64,000 nt of DNA, from contig CACVAY010000103.1 in assembly GCA_902727985.1 (NCBI GenBank), positions 11,086 through 75,085 on the forward strand, read 5' to 3'. The notes under the pieces were generated by a model. It was not told the DNA's origin and made no database searches. It was given only the letters and a program-made list of their open reading frames with translations. This DNA is from an uncultured Thiotrichaceae bacterium. Its GTDB lineage: Bacteria > Pseudomonadota > Gammaproteobacteria > Thiotrichales > Thiotrichaceae. The position numbers were made by a program, and so were the translations under genes. Positions 50,231-61,700 of the stretch are shown piece by piece; position 1 is the stretch's first letter; each line of letters opens with the position of its first letter.

Positions 50231-50237
50231 TTATGTG

Positions 50238-50271
50238 AAAAGTGAGCTTATGATTACATAAGTTCACTTTT
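50238..50271. terminator. Bidirectional terminator hairpin between convergent genes
   Basis: AAAAGTGAGCTTATG-atta-CATAAGTTCACTTTT. Confidence 0.7.
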
Positions 50272-50355
50272 GCCTATGTAGTAAATTTTTTGTATGAATA
50301 AAGTTCCTGGAACTTATGTCTACTCAGCTAAGGTTTATCTCTGGTTTGCCAAGGC

Positions 50356-51957
50356 CTATTGAGCAGGTACTGTCTCAAAGACAGGAGGTTTTGATAAATC
50401 CTTATTGGTGCTTTCAGGCTGTATTTTCTTCGCATCGTCATTTTTCTCTTCTTGCACTGCGATAGATTTGAGTGTTTCTTCAATGGCTATCGTCGCATAG
50501 TTACAATCAATAACAGGATTATTATCAATACAAGTCTGTCCAGGTTTCTTCACATAACATTGGGCTTGATTAATGTGCCAGCAATAATAGTAAATCTCAG
50601 TTTCAGAGGGGTGTTCATCTAAGAAAGTGAGAAAGTTGCTGAAATAAATAGAGGCATTGTTGCGTGCTTTCTCTGCTTCCTCTGTTAGGTTTTCTTTCTC
50701 GTATGCTTGAGCAAGTTGTTCAAAGAGAAGTCCAAGGCCATAGAGCAGTTTTCCATGATGTATCTGCTGATCTGGCGAGGCATGTTTCCACAATGTTGTG
50801 CTGGGTTCCATTAAGCCGATAGCATCGCGAATGGTTGCAATGGCAACATCGTCTACGCCGATAACGCTGGTAATTCCGAGGTGGTAGAAAAGACTCATAC
50901 CAATGTAGGCGCAACGTTCTCGACTCAAGTCATCAGGGAGGGCATTGATATGAGTGCATTTTTCATTAAACCTAATGACAGACTCTTTGTCTAAATTACT
51001 CATATACACCCACTGCGCCTGCTTTTGTATTGAGGTGGACTCATGAAAAAGTGACTCAAAGACTGTTTGCTTGGCGTCCTCAGAAAGGCTCAAGGAGCTT
51101 TGTTGATCGTTTGAGGCATGGCCGAGTGCGCTTAGTATGCCTGAAAGCTGGTTTTCAGAAAGCTGGTTTTGTTGCAAGCTGGCATCAATATCAGAAAAAT
51201 ACGTAGTTTTGTGTTCTGAAAGATATTGTGCAGCATCGCGACGGCGATAAGGATTTTTACTTTCAAGTGCCTCTTCGATCACCTGGTAGGTAACATCTGC
51301 TGCGAATAGATCGTTGAAGAAGAATTGACTAATAATATTCTGCTGAAGAAGATCCCTCTGAGTGAATATATTCGTCGTTATTGGAATCGGCTTGAGGGTT
51401 TTGAACCCATTGCCAATGGCGCGGTATTGTAAGCGGAAAACTTCTTGAGGATGGCGACGATAGATCAGTTCGATATTGTCTTCATCCGCATAATCCAGAT
51501 CCGATGAAATGAAATATTCACGAACAGTGTTGCCATCAGGTGCTTGAACGGTAAAAATTCTTTTGTCTAACGGTGTGCTATTAGTGAAATGCCATTCGAT
51601 CTCATTGGTCGGACTAAAAGGATTGCCCTTTGTAGTAAGGCGTTGGTAAAAGTTTTCACGTGAGTATACGCCAACATTATCGGGAACATTTGCGATATAG
51701 CCTTTAGAAACGATTGCTGAATTAGTTGCTGTCTCTCGTTGTACCCACAGTATAGTAACAATGGTGAGCATAGCTGCGATAAAGAGCCAATTGCCGACAT
51801 ATAGCCATTTCATGACGGTATGTGCGTTTTCTGGCGCGGTTTGCCAGCGATCTTTTAAGCGACGTTCCGCAAATAGCATTAAGACAGCTGCAATACCTGC
51901 GGGCCCCCAGCGCATAATGGCATCTGCTACTGGGTTTAAACTGTTTAATGCATCCAT
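50356..51957 (-). CDS. Hypothetical membrane protein (2 TM, HEAT/TPR-like helical region)
   Basis: 533-aa ORF with a GAGG RBS, two N-terminal hydrophobic helices and ALESKNPYRRRDAAQYL (HEAT-like). Confidence 0.75.
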   Translation of the reverse strand: MDALNSLNPVADAIMRWGPAGIAAVLMLFAERRLKDRWQTAPENAHTVMKWLYVGNWLFIAAMLTIVTILWVQRETATNSAIVSKGYIANVPDNVGVYSRENFYQRLTTKGNPFSPTNEIEWHFTNSTPLDKRIFTVQAPDGNTVREYFISSDLDYADEDNIELIYRRHPQEVFRLQYRAIGNGFKTLKPIPITTNIFTQRDLLQQNIISQFFFNDLFAADVTYQVIEEALESKNPYRRRDAAQYLSEHKTTYFSDIDASLQQNQLSENQLSGILSALGHASNDQQSSLSLSEDAKQTVFESLFHESTSIQKQAQWVYMSNLDKESVIRFNEKCTHINALPDDLSRERCAYIGMSLFYHLGITSVIGVDDVAIATIRDAIGLMEPSTTLWKHASPDQQIHHGKLLYGLGLLFEQLAQAYEKENLTEEAEKARNNASIYFSNFLTFLDEHPSETEIYYYCWHINQAQCYVKKPGQTCIDNNPVIDCNYATIAIEETLKSIAVQEEKNDDAKKIQPESTNKDLSKPPVFETVPAQ

Positions 51958-52225
51958 AGCCCATTCCTCAATGTGGATTCTGATTGGAATCTGTGCGGCA
52001 TTTTCCGATGCTCTATGTGGCGCAATATATGAAGTGTGCGGAATAAATAGCCGAGATCACAGATGAACCTATTAAATATAGCGAATTACAGTAGAAAATT
52101 CAGAGAGATACTGCCTAAATTTTACCCTTATTAGTTTGAGAGGGTTAGGCTTGGTCTTATGGGTTTAGTAATGGCGCTAACTCCAGTAAGATATTTGCAC
52201 TTTATATTTATGACACCAAGAAACT

Positions 52226-53983
52226 ATGCCGGGCAGAATTCCGCGTTCCTTTATTGATGATATTTTGGCTCGTGTTGACGTTGTCGAAATCATCAATGCG
52301 CGTGTGCCTTTAAAAAAGAAAGGGCGAGAATATTCTGCCTGTTGTCCGTTTCATAATGAAAAGACACCATCTTTTACGGTCAGTCCTACCAAGCAGTTCT
52401 ATCATTGTTTCGGCTGTGGTGAACATGGAACCGCCATTACCTTTTTGATGGAATATGAACACTTGGATTTTGTTGAGGCGATTGAGTACATCGCTCGTTC
52501 TTTGGGTGTGGAGGTTCCTCGTGAAAAAGGCCGTGCAAAGTCTGCGGAGGAATATAAAAAACAAGGTGGTTTATATGAGTTGATGGAAGAGGTTAATCGT
52601 TTCTATCAATTTCATCTGACGAAACATTCCGACGCGCAACAGTACTTGGCTGAGCGGGGCTTGTCTGAAGATATTATTCAGCGTTTTGGTTTGGGCTATG
52701 TGCCAGATGCTTGGGATAATGTGCTTAAACAGTTTGCGAAATCTTTTTCTGTAAAAGACTTAATGGATGCTGGGCTATTAATCGAGAAAGATTCCGGGGG
52801 GCAATACGACCGCTTTCGTGATCGGATTATGTTCCCTATTCGTGATCGCCGAGGCAGAATTGTCGGTTTCGGTGGACGAGTCATGGGGGATGCTACGCCC
52901 AAATATCTCAACTCTCCAGAAACGTCCATCTTCCATAAAGGAACAGAGCTTTATGGCTTTTATGAAGCACGACAATATACGCGAAAGTTAGAGCGGCTGC
53001 TGGTGGTCGAAGGCTATATGGATGTTATTGCCCTAGCGCAATTTGACATCAGTTATGCTGTTGCAACATTAGGAACGGCAACTACCCAGGAGCATGTGAA
53101 TCTTATTTTTCGCGCGGTATCAGAGGTTGTGTTTTGTTTCGATGGAGATCGAGCCGGACAGGAGGCTGCTTGGCGAGCACTACAGAATGCCTTGGCGGTC
53201 TTGCGAGATGGTAAAGAAATTCGTTTCTTGTTTTTGCCAACAGGAGAAGATCCAGATTCGCAAGTTCGCAAGATTGGTAAAGAGGCATTTGAGGAGTTGC
53301 TTGTTTCTGAAAGTGTCTCGATGACGGATTATTTACTAGAGCATATGTCTGAGAAATACAATATTAGTAGTCGTGAAGGAAAATCACGATTCATGGATGA
53401 GATGTCTACTATGTTGGTTTCTATGCCAGATACGCTGATCCGAGATCAACTTATTGCTGATATTTCCAAGTTGACTTCTATCGAGGAAAACATACTTCGA
53501 AAGCGGCAAGTTAATTCGGAGCAAGTGCCGAAAACTCAAGGGTTTAAACGGATACAAAATCACGCAGTGCAAAAAACACCTGTCCGTTATGCGATTAGTT
53601 TGCTACTGAATCAACCTTCTTTGGTGTCAGAAGCGGGAAATCCGGAACAAATCGCTCGATTTGATCTGGCAGGATCTGATTTTTTAGCTACACTCATTGA
53701 AACAATCGAAGAGAATCCCCACCTTAATACAGCGGCAATGCTGGAACGCTGGCGAGGAACTCGTTATGAGCAGTCTATCGTCCAACTATTACGATGGCAG
53801 CCAGAGTCGACTGATGTTGAAATTTTACGGGAGGAATTTCGTGATTGTTTGCAACGAATTCAATATCAGGCACATGAACAACAACTTGAGTGTCTATTAC
53901 ATAAGGCTCGAACAGAAGGGCTTGATGACATTGAACAAAGAGATTTATTGATGTTATTGAGAGAAAACAGTAAAGAAAACTAA
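52226..53983 (+). CDS. dnaG: DNA primase
   Basis: Zn finger CPFH...CFGC, KYLNSPET, TOPRIM VEGYMDV and FDGD. Confidence 0.98.
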   Translation: MPGRIPRSFIDDILARVDVVEIINARVPLKKKGREYSACCPFHNEKTPSFTVSPTKQFYHCFGCGEHGTAITFLMEYEHLDFVEAIEYIARSLGVEVPREKGRAKSAEEYKKQGGLYELMEEVNRFYQFHLTKHSDAQQYLAERGLSEDIIQRFGLGYVPDAWDNVLKQFAKSFSVKDLMDAGLLIEKDSGGQYDRFRDRIMFPIRDRRGRIVGFGGRVMGDATPKYLNSPETSIFHKGTELYGFYEARQYTRKLERLLVVEGYMDVIALAQFDISYAVATLGTATTQEHVNLIFRAVSEVVFCFDGDRAGQEAAWRALQNALAVLRDGKEIRFLFLPTGEDPDSQVRKIGKEAFEELLVSESVSMTDYLLEHMSEKYNISSREGKSRFMDEMSTMLVSMPDTLIRDQLIADISKLTSIEENILRKRQVNSEQVPKTQGFKRIQNHAVQKTPVRYAISLLLNQPSLVSEAGNPEQIARFDLAGSDFLATLIETIEENPHLNTAAMLERWRGTRYEQSIVQLLRWQPESTDVEILREEFRDCLQRIQYQAHEQQLECLLHKARTEGLDDIEQRDLLMLLRENSKEN

Positions 53984-54232
53984 TAGTCGTTATGAGCTTA
54001 GGGGATTGTGTAAAGTTGCATGAGCGAGTAAAAATACACTGGGCGTGTGAAACTACCATGTAGATTATCTCAAATTATTGATATTAATAAGTTAATTGAA
54101 TTTCTTAAAACCTAGCGGGTTGAGTGATTGATTTCTATAAATGATTTTTAACTATAAAATAATTTTATTTTATACAATTACTCTATTTCATATATAATCC
54201 CCCGTTAACTTTTTCAGGACGTATCCTAAGAT

Positions 54233-56107
54233 ATGAGCGACGACAATAAAAAAACTGGAATCCAGTTGCTAATCGCAAAAGGTAAAGAGCAAGGCTATTT
54301 GACCTATGCAGAAGTTAATGATCACTTGCCAGATACGATTGTAGACCCAGAACAAATTGAAGATATCGTTAGTATGATTGGCGATATGGGGATCAATGTT
54401 TACGAAAATGCACCTGAAGAAGCCAGTTCTATTCTGAATGATGATGAAGTTCAGGCGGATGATGAAGTTGAAGAAGCGGCAGCAGTAATCGCGAATGTTG
54501 ATAACTTTGGCCGGACGACTGACCCTGTTCGCATGTATATGCGTGAAATGGGGACGGTTGAGCTACTTACTCGTGAAGGTGAGATTGAAATTGCGATTCG
54601 TATTGAAGAAGGTTTGACAGAAGTACGTCGCGCGCTCGCACATTGTCCTAGTTCTGCAAAAATCCTGCTTGATCGTTTTGAAAAAGTAGAAGCGGAAGAG
54701 ATGCGTCTCACCGATGTAATTTCTGGATTTATTGACCCTAATCAGGTTGAAGAGCCTGTTGTCCCAGCCGCGAACTCTGCGGCAGCTGCAGAATCTGCGA
54801 AAGCTAAAAAAGCAGAGGGCGATGATGAGGATGCTGACGCAGATGACGACGAGGAAGAGGAAGAAGAAGTCGTTGATACTGGAATAGACCCAGAAGAGGC
54901 TAAAGAGAAATTTACCGAACTTCTCGCCTGTTACGAAAAAGTGTGTGCTTCATGTCAGACTGGTGATGAAAAATTAATCGATGAGGCGCGTCAAGAGCAA
55001 GTCGAAAAGATCATGGAGTTCAATATGACTCCAGTCATCATCGAAGAATTTACTTTTAAGTTATCAGAAATCATCAAGTTGATTCGTCTTCATGAGCGTG
55101 CAGCAATGAAGTTTTGTATTAAATTTGGTGGTATGCCTCGTAAAGACTTCATTAGAACCTTTCCGCAAAACGAAACAAACCTCGACTGGTTGGATGATTG
55201 GATTAAAGAAAATCCCAAATACGCGGATAAGTTAGATGCGTACGTTCCAGATGTGCAAGGTATCCAGCAACAGTTGATTAAAATAGTCGAACAAACGCGG
55301 TTGAGCATTGCGCAGATTAAAGACATTAACCGTAATATGTCAGTGAGTGAAGCAAAGGCTCGTCGCGCAAAGAAAGAGATGGTTGAGGCTAACCTGCGTT
55401 TGGTTATCTCGATTGCAAAAAAATATACAAACCGTGGTTTACAGTTCCTAGATCTTATTCAGGAAGGAAATATTGGTTTGATGAAGGCGGTAGATAAATT
55501 TGAATATCGTCGTGGTTATAAGTTTTCGACTTATGCAACATGGTGGATTCGTCAGGCGATAACTCGTTCTATTGCGGATCAAGCGCGGACTATTCGTATC
55601 CCTGTGCATATGATTGAGACGATTAATAAGTTGAATCGCATTTCGCGTAAATTACTACAGGAAAAAGGCCGAGAAGCGACGCCTGAAGAGCTTGCGGTTG
55701 AAATGGATATGCCAGAGAGCAAAATCCGCAAGGTGCTTAAGATTGCTAAAGAACCTATTTCTATGGAAACACCAATTGGTGACGATGAAGATTCTTCATT
55801 AGGTGATTTCATCGAAGATGGCAATGTAATGCTGCCTGTCGATAAGGCTACAACCCTTGATTTATCTGATACCACGCGTGATGCCTTGAGTAGTTTGACT
55901 TCAAGAGAAGCCAAGGTGCTTAGAATGCGTTTCGGTATTGATATGAATACTGATCATACTTTGGAAGAAGTGGGTAAGCAGTTTGATGTAACACGTGAGC
56001 GTATTCGTCAAATTGAAGCTAAAGCGCTGAGAAAATTGCGTCATCCCTCTCGTTCAGATATGCTACGCAGCTTCTTGGAAACAGACGGGGATCCAAGACC
56101 AGAATAA
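54233..56107 (+). CDS. rpoD: RNA polymerase primary sigma factor
   Basis: Region 1.1, [34 protein letters not shown] and [13 protein letters not shown]. Confidence 0.99.
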   Translation: MSDDNKKTGIQLLIAKGKEQGYLTYAEVNDHLPDTIVDPEQIEDIVSMIGDMGINVYENAPEEASSILNDDEVQADDEVEEAAAVIANVDNFGRTTDPVRMYMREMGTVELLTREGEIEIAIRIEEGLTEVRRALAHCPSSAKILLDRFEKVEAEEMRLTDVISGFIDPNQVEEPVVPAANSAAAAESAKAKKAEGDDEDADADDDEEEEEEVVDTGIDPEEAKEKFTELLACYEKVCASCQTGDEKLIDEARQEQVEKIMEFNMTPVIIEEFTFKLSEIIKLIRLHERAAMKFCIKFGGMPRKDFIRTFPQNETNLDWLDDWIKENPKYADKLDAYVPDVQGIQQQLIKIVEQTRLSIAQIKDINRNMSVSEAKARRAKKEMVEANLRLVISIAKKYTNRGLQFLDLIQEGNIGLMKAVDKFEYRRGYKFSTYATWWIRQAITRSIADQARTIRIPVHMIETINKLNRISRKLLQEKGREATPEELAVEMDMPESKIRKVLKIAKEPISMETPIGDDEDSSLGDFIEDGNVMLPVDKATTLDLSDTTRDALSSLTSREAKVLRMRFGIDMNTDHTLEEVGKQFDVTRERIRQIEAKALRKLRHPSRSDMLRSFLETDGDPRPE

Positions 56108-56124
56108 TCCCCGTTATATCTTTG

Positions 56125-56201
<77 letters not shown>

Positions 56202-56210
56202 ATATTATGT

Positions 56211-56264
56211 AAGCCTAATCAATTGGTTATATATTTGTATATGGCTAGCTGGTTGGGCTTTTTT
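56211..56264 (+). terminator. Long-stem terminator after the tRNA
   Basis: 22-position stem (56212-33/56238-59) with six G-U pairs and one mismatch, followed by a T run. Confidence 0.7.
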
Positions 56265-56918
56265 GGTTTTTACGCAGGGCGAAGTTCGTAAAAAACACAT
56301 TCGGTTCTGTGTTTGGAGATATTTTTTGGAAGACGTTGTTGAAGATGACTTATTTGAGAGGTGCGAAGAGTATATCTGAAATAACTTGTTTAAAAAGTAG
56401 AATGAAGAATATTGAAATATATCAGGCGTTATTAATAGGATAAGTTTTCGAAAAGAAAAAAGTAATGATGAAAGACCAGCAATGAACAACAACACGAAAA
56501 CATCCCTAGCCCAACATCATTCCCCCTGAATTTATTCGCATAACACGAATAAAAGCCCTACTTTGTGTACTTACGAACCCCCTTTGCCTGTTGGTAAGTG
56601 CACGGTATAAGCTAATCCTCTACAACATACGGCAGTAGATGAGTGGCAAAAGTAAATACCTATCTAGCAGCCTTTACTAATTAATTATTTTGTTTGAATC
56701 AACTTATATGACTCATTATTACTGAAGGTGGTCAAAAAATAAATTCGACATGTGTTTATATGAAACCTAAACGTATGCTTAGGTTGAGTAAACATTAAAC
56801 TAGTTGGATCGTCCGCTTCAAAGAGTACAATAGCTCAAAATTCATACTCATAAGAATTGAGCAATTATTATACAAGACTTTTTTTGATTGTCTACTGTAT
56901 TAAAGTAGGGGTACTTTC

Positions 56919-58688
56919 TTGGAATATCGTAAAAAACTAGAAGAAGAATTTCTAGAAGTTATATCGAATCACTCGGCTGCTATTCCCTTCCCTGTTTTTC
57001 TTGCAGCTCTATTGATGGCTGTATCTGCCTCAATAAGTCCAGATCTTACGTATCTCCCCTTTATATGGTTGCTAGCTGTTTTCTTTGTATTGCTGGTTCG
57101 CTGGTTTTTTTTACGGGATATATTGACCAGTAAATATGTGAGTAAAGAGAATCGAATGACTTTGGTTATTCGTTTAAGTTTGCTTAACGGACTGGTTCAT
57201 GCCTCTGCAATATCCTTTTTTGATCAGTTGGATAGCCCCGAAAGAGCGGTTCAAACATTGTTGTTGTTAGGTGTTTCTGTGGGGGCCGTGGCAACAACAA
57301 GTGGTCATCGTCAGATATTTTCCGCATTTGCTTTTCCCGTGTTTATTTCTTTGTTCCTTTCTTGGGGCTTGTTTGGGGTTGATAAAACAGTTGAGGATAC
57401 ATTTGAAAAACAATTCTATCGATATGCGATTCCTTTTTTCCTTTTACTGTTTTTGATGGTTTTGCTTTCTCTGGCTAAAAACTATAGAAAAATGTTTACG
57501 GAATCTTTCAATATGCGTTCGCAGGAAGAGAAGACGAATGCGAAACTTAAAGGCTTAAATACACAGTTAACACAAGCTTTGGAAGAGACAACAGAAGCCA
57601 ATGCCTCGAAGACCCGTTTTCTAGCAGCAGCCAGCCATGATTTACGACAGCCAATTCATACTCTTACATTTTCTAGTACGGCCTTGTCTCTCCAAAACTT
57701 AGATGATGAATCAAGGCGAATTTCAAGGAATATGGATAAGGCCATTCAGGCTTTATCGAAACAGATGGATTCACTGTTAGATATTTCTAAATTAGATGCA
57801 GGAGTCGTTGAATTAGAGCCAGAAGTTTTCTCGCTGCATGACTTTTTGAATCAGTTGCATATCAATAATCTGCCTCAAATGCAGGATAAGCATGTAGAGT
57901 TTACGCTGGATCTGCCTGTCGTCATGGAAAATTTAGATATTGAGACGGATTATGTTCAGTTTAGCCGTATTGTAAATAACTTATTAAACAATGCACTCAA
58001 ACATACTGAGGAAGGGCAGATTAGTATTGAATTGAAGAAGGTAGGTGGAAAAGCTCTTCTTTCGATTATTGATACAGGAGAGGGCATTTCTGAGGATGAC
58101 CAAAAGAAGATATTTGATGAGTTTTTTCAGGTAAAGAATCCGCAGAGGAGCAGCAAAGAGGGGCTTGGATTGGGATTATCTATTGTTAAGCGCCTAATAA
58201 AGTTACTGGATATGCCGTTTCAATTGCAGTCCGTTCTGGGAGAAGGAACCAAGGTTACTTTAGAAATCCCGCTTATTAATGGCAATAATGAGGGGGGAGA
58301 GGAACAAGAATTCCCCTCATCTGATGCTCGTATCAATATTCTGTGTGTTGATGATGATGAACAAATTCTTGAGGCATTGAGAACCGTTTTTGAAGCAATA
58401 GGTTATGGCGTATATCTTGCGTCAGGGACTGATGCTGCAATGGGGGTGATTGAATATCATACGCCTGACATTTTACTGGCCGACTTGAGGTTAGAAGGTG
58501 AAGACAGTGGTTTTGAAACGGTGCGTTCAGTACGCGAAGTTCTTCCAAATCTCCCCGCCTTTTTGATTACAGGAAATATTGATCCGCAGAGTTTGAGAGC
58601 AGCTCGTGAAGCAGGGGTGGAGATGTTACACAAGCCTCTAGAGCCCAAAATCTTATTACAAAAAATTCAGGTGGCTTTAGGGGCTTGA
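56919..58688 (+). CDS. Membrane hybrid sensor histidine kinase / receiver
   Basis: About 5-6 TM segments, H-box ASHDLRQP, N-box NLLNNALK, DTGEGI, GLGLGL and receiver LLADLRL...HKP; TTG start. Confidence 0.93.
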   Translation: MEYRKKLEEEFLEVISNHSAAIPFPVFLAALLMAVSASISPDLTYLPFIWLLAVFFVLLVRWFFLRDILTSKYVSKENRMTLVIRLSLLNGLVHASAISFFDQLDSPERAVQTLLLLGVSVGAVATTSGHRQIFSAFAFPVFISLFLSWGLFGVDKTVEDTFEKQFYRYAIPFFLLLFLMVLLSLAKNYRKMFTESFNMRSQEEKTNAKLKGLNTQLTQALEETTEANASKTRFLAAASHDLRQPIHTLTFSSTALSLQNLDDESRRISRNMDKAIQALSKQMDSLLDISKLDAGVVELEPEVFSLHDFLNQLHINNLPQMQDKHVEFTLDLPVVMENLDIETDYVQFSRIVNNLLNNALKHTEEGQISIELKKVGGKALLSIIDTGEGISEDDQKKIFDEFFQVKNPQRSSKEGLGLGLSIVKRLIKLLDMPFQLQSVLGEGTKVTLEIPLINGNNEGGEEQEFPSSDARINILCVDDDEQILEALRTVFEAIGYGVYLASGTDAAMGVIEYHTPDILLADLRLEGEDSGFETVRSVREVLPNLPAFLITGNIDPQSLRAAREAGVEMLHKPLEPKILLQKIQVALGA

Positions 58689-58734
58689 GGCCAAAGACGT
58701 GTGGGTATAGGAATAACAAAAGAGGGGGGTGGGT

Positions 58735-61700
58735 ATGTCGGCACAAATGCAATTTTCAAAGGGTTGGATTGCGGAAGGTCTTGAGCAATGTATTGTTGAA
58801 CAAGAAAGTCATGGGAGCCAAGTTGCTGACTTTGATGTTATTATCATTGGTAGCGGCTACGGTGGGGCGATTGCGGCAGCTGAGCTGGCAGGTGCTAAAG
58901 ATTCTGAAGGAAATACGATTTCAGTTTGCATTCTTGAGCGTGGTAAAGAATTTATTCCTGGGATGTTTCCTGCGGCAGAAGAAGAGTTGCCAGCAGAAGT
59001 GCGTGTAACTGCCCAAGGTAGTAAGCGCTCAATGGGGGCAATGGACGGCCTCTTTGATCTTAGAATGGGGCCTGAGTTAAACGTGGTTTTGGGAAATGGC
59101 CTTGGTGGTGGGTCGTTGATCAATGCGGGGGTGATGGATCGACCGTTAAAAAACGTTTTCCAAACCGGCTGGCCGCGCGCATTTACTGAATCTGCAAAGA
59201 TGGATGCTTATTATGATGAGGCGTCAGAGCTGGTGGGTAGTTCGGTTGGTAATGAACCGAATACCATTCTACGTCATAACAGCCATCAGGCTGAACCGCT
59301 GAAGAAATACCAATCCCTAAAAGAACTCAGTCATCTTAATATTGAAAATTGTTCATTTCGAGCAGCACCAATAACGGTATGTATGCAAGAAGGTGAATTG
59401 AACAGTGCAGATATTCCCTTGCATGCTTGTACCTTATGTGGAGATTGCGCTACTGGCTGTAATCATGGGGCAAAAAACTCATTAGATACGAATTTATTAG
59501 TGACGGCGAAACAACGGGGTGCTCGCATATTTACTGGCGCAAGCGTTATTAAGCTAGATGAGGGTGAGAATGGTGTTTGGGAGCTTGAAGTTGTTCATAC
59601 ACAGTCATCATTGCGTATTAAACAGGGGCACCCTTATAGTCTTCGTGCAAAGAAGGTCATTGTGGCTGCGGGAGCATTGGGCTCTACAGAAATATTGACG
59701 CGTAGTCAGCAGCAAACTCAACTGGAATTTTCAGCAAGGTTGGGAAAAGGCTTCTCTTCTAATGGTGATATGTTGGCGGTGGGGTATAAGCAAAATCAGG
59801 AAGCGAATACGATTGCAGATGAGGCGGTTGAATTCTCCAAGCGTCATGTTGGGCCAACCATTACGGGGATGATCGATCGACGTGACCCTCTGAATAAGAA
59901 GGGATTACTGATTGAAGAAATGTCGGTTCCAGCAGCAATGAAGCGGGTATTTGCTGAACTCTATACGACAGCCAATACCCTGCATAGTATGGAGAACTAT
60001 GATACTGGACGTCATCAACGTGCTTATGTAAAAAATGACCCCGCTAGTATTAACCAGGATGCACTAAAACATACTTCTCTCTATGCAGTGATGGGGCATG
60101 ACGATAATGTTTCACAAGGACGCTTGGAGTTACAGCCCACATCACTTTTCCCCACTGACAATACATCGAAATATCAGGAAGGTGTGATCCAAATACACTG
60201 GCCAGAGCTAGGTAAAGAGCCGTTATTTACCCAGCAGATAAAAACTTTGGCAGAAATGCTGAAAGAATCAGGTGTGGGTGGCAAGGTGATTGCAAACCCT
60301 GGTTGGAAGTTGTTACCCGACTCCATGATGTCTCTAGTTGATAATCAGGTTGGTGCATTAACTACTGTACATCCGCTTGGCGGTTGTTCGATGGCAGACG
60401 ATGTTGAGTCTGGTGTGGTTGATGATTGTGGTCGAGTTTTCCGTCGCATGGCAAAGCAAGATGATCCCTACTATAGCGGCTTATATGTATTAGACGGTGC
60501 GATTATTCCAAGCTCGCTTGGCATTAATCCTGCGTTGACAATTGCGGCGGTGAGTTTGAGGGCTGTTCGGTGCTTGAAAAAAGAGTGGGGCTATAGCGAT
60601 GCTTCGGGGGAAGCTGTCGTTGAGGTGCCGACTCCGCGTCCTATTTGTAACGAGCCACCTTTGCCTAAAGATAATCAGCCTACTGAAATTGAAGTGGTTG
60701 AACGTCTATCTGGTGATGCAAGAATTACGGATGATAAAGGAGAAAGCCATGATGTAGTCATTGAAGTGACCTTATCTTTTGCATCGAAAAAGGTTCTCGA
60801 TTTATGTCGAATGAGTGCTGAGTCTGATCATGAGGCTGAGGCTGGACGTTTACGAACCAAGGATAACAAAGACACTCATGAGTTAGAACGAAATCAAATA
60901 CGTGTATACCTAAAGAAGGATTGGGAAACATTACAGAGAACCATTTATAGCCCAGAACATATGAATAAGTTTGGCTCTAATTTGGCATATCTTGAAAAAG
61001 AAATGGATAAGGCTGCGACCTTTATTGGTGATGTTTCTGGAACCTTGGATGTATTTACCCGTGATAAGAGCTATTTCGTGCCCAGAGTGGCGCGTGTGCT
61101 TGGTTATTCATGGCTATTCAATCGTGGTCTGCGAGATACGTGGCAGCAAATGTTTCCCAAGCATTATGAAAAGAAACCTGGCCATGGTGAGAGAAAAGAG
61201 GGGGTATTAAAACGCATTGTAAAGCCAATCTCTAATTCCTTGAAACTCGCTTCTCGTGCAGGCGAAAAACGCATGTTGGAATATGCGCTGAACATAGACG
61301 ATGTTCGTGTGGGTAAAAACTTTCGTTCATTAAAGGGAACCTCGATTAAGGGTTTTAAAGTCTTTACCTATGCACGTCGTGCCAATCCATGGTGGCAGTT
61401 GGCAGAAATCTATTTAACAGATTTCCAGGGCCTAGAAAAGCACCCTACTGAAAAGAAAACAATTTTGAGGCTCGATACGCGTTATCTCGCAAGAATTAAT
61501 GTGCCTCTGCTGAGATTGTCTCGGCAAAGTGATCAATACAAGGCATTGATGGATGTGATGTCTTTGGGAATGTATGTGGTGCGACTACTCGTCAGTATCC
61601 ATTTGTGGAGTTTCCGAAGTCCTGATACGCCTGCGCCTCATGAACCAAAACGACTGCCGCAAAAAATCACTGGTCTGCCAGAGCCTGAAGTCAAGATGCT

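Noticed and set aside
56205..56495. 96-aa minus-strand ORF after the tRNA
   Set aside because: It is low-complexity, has no recognisable motif, and overlaps the tRNA terminator.
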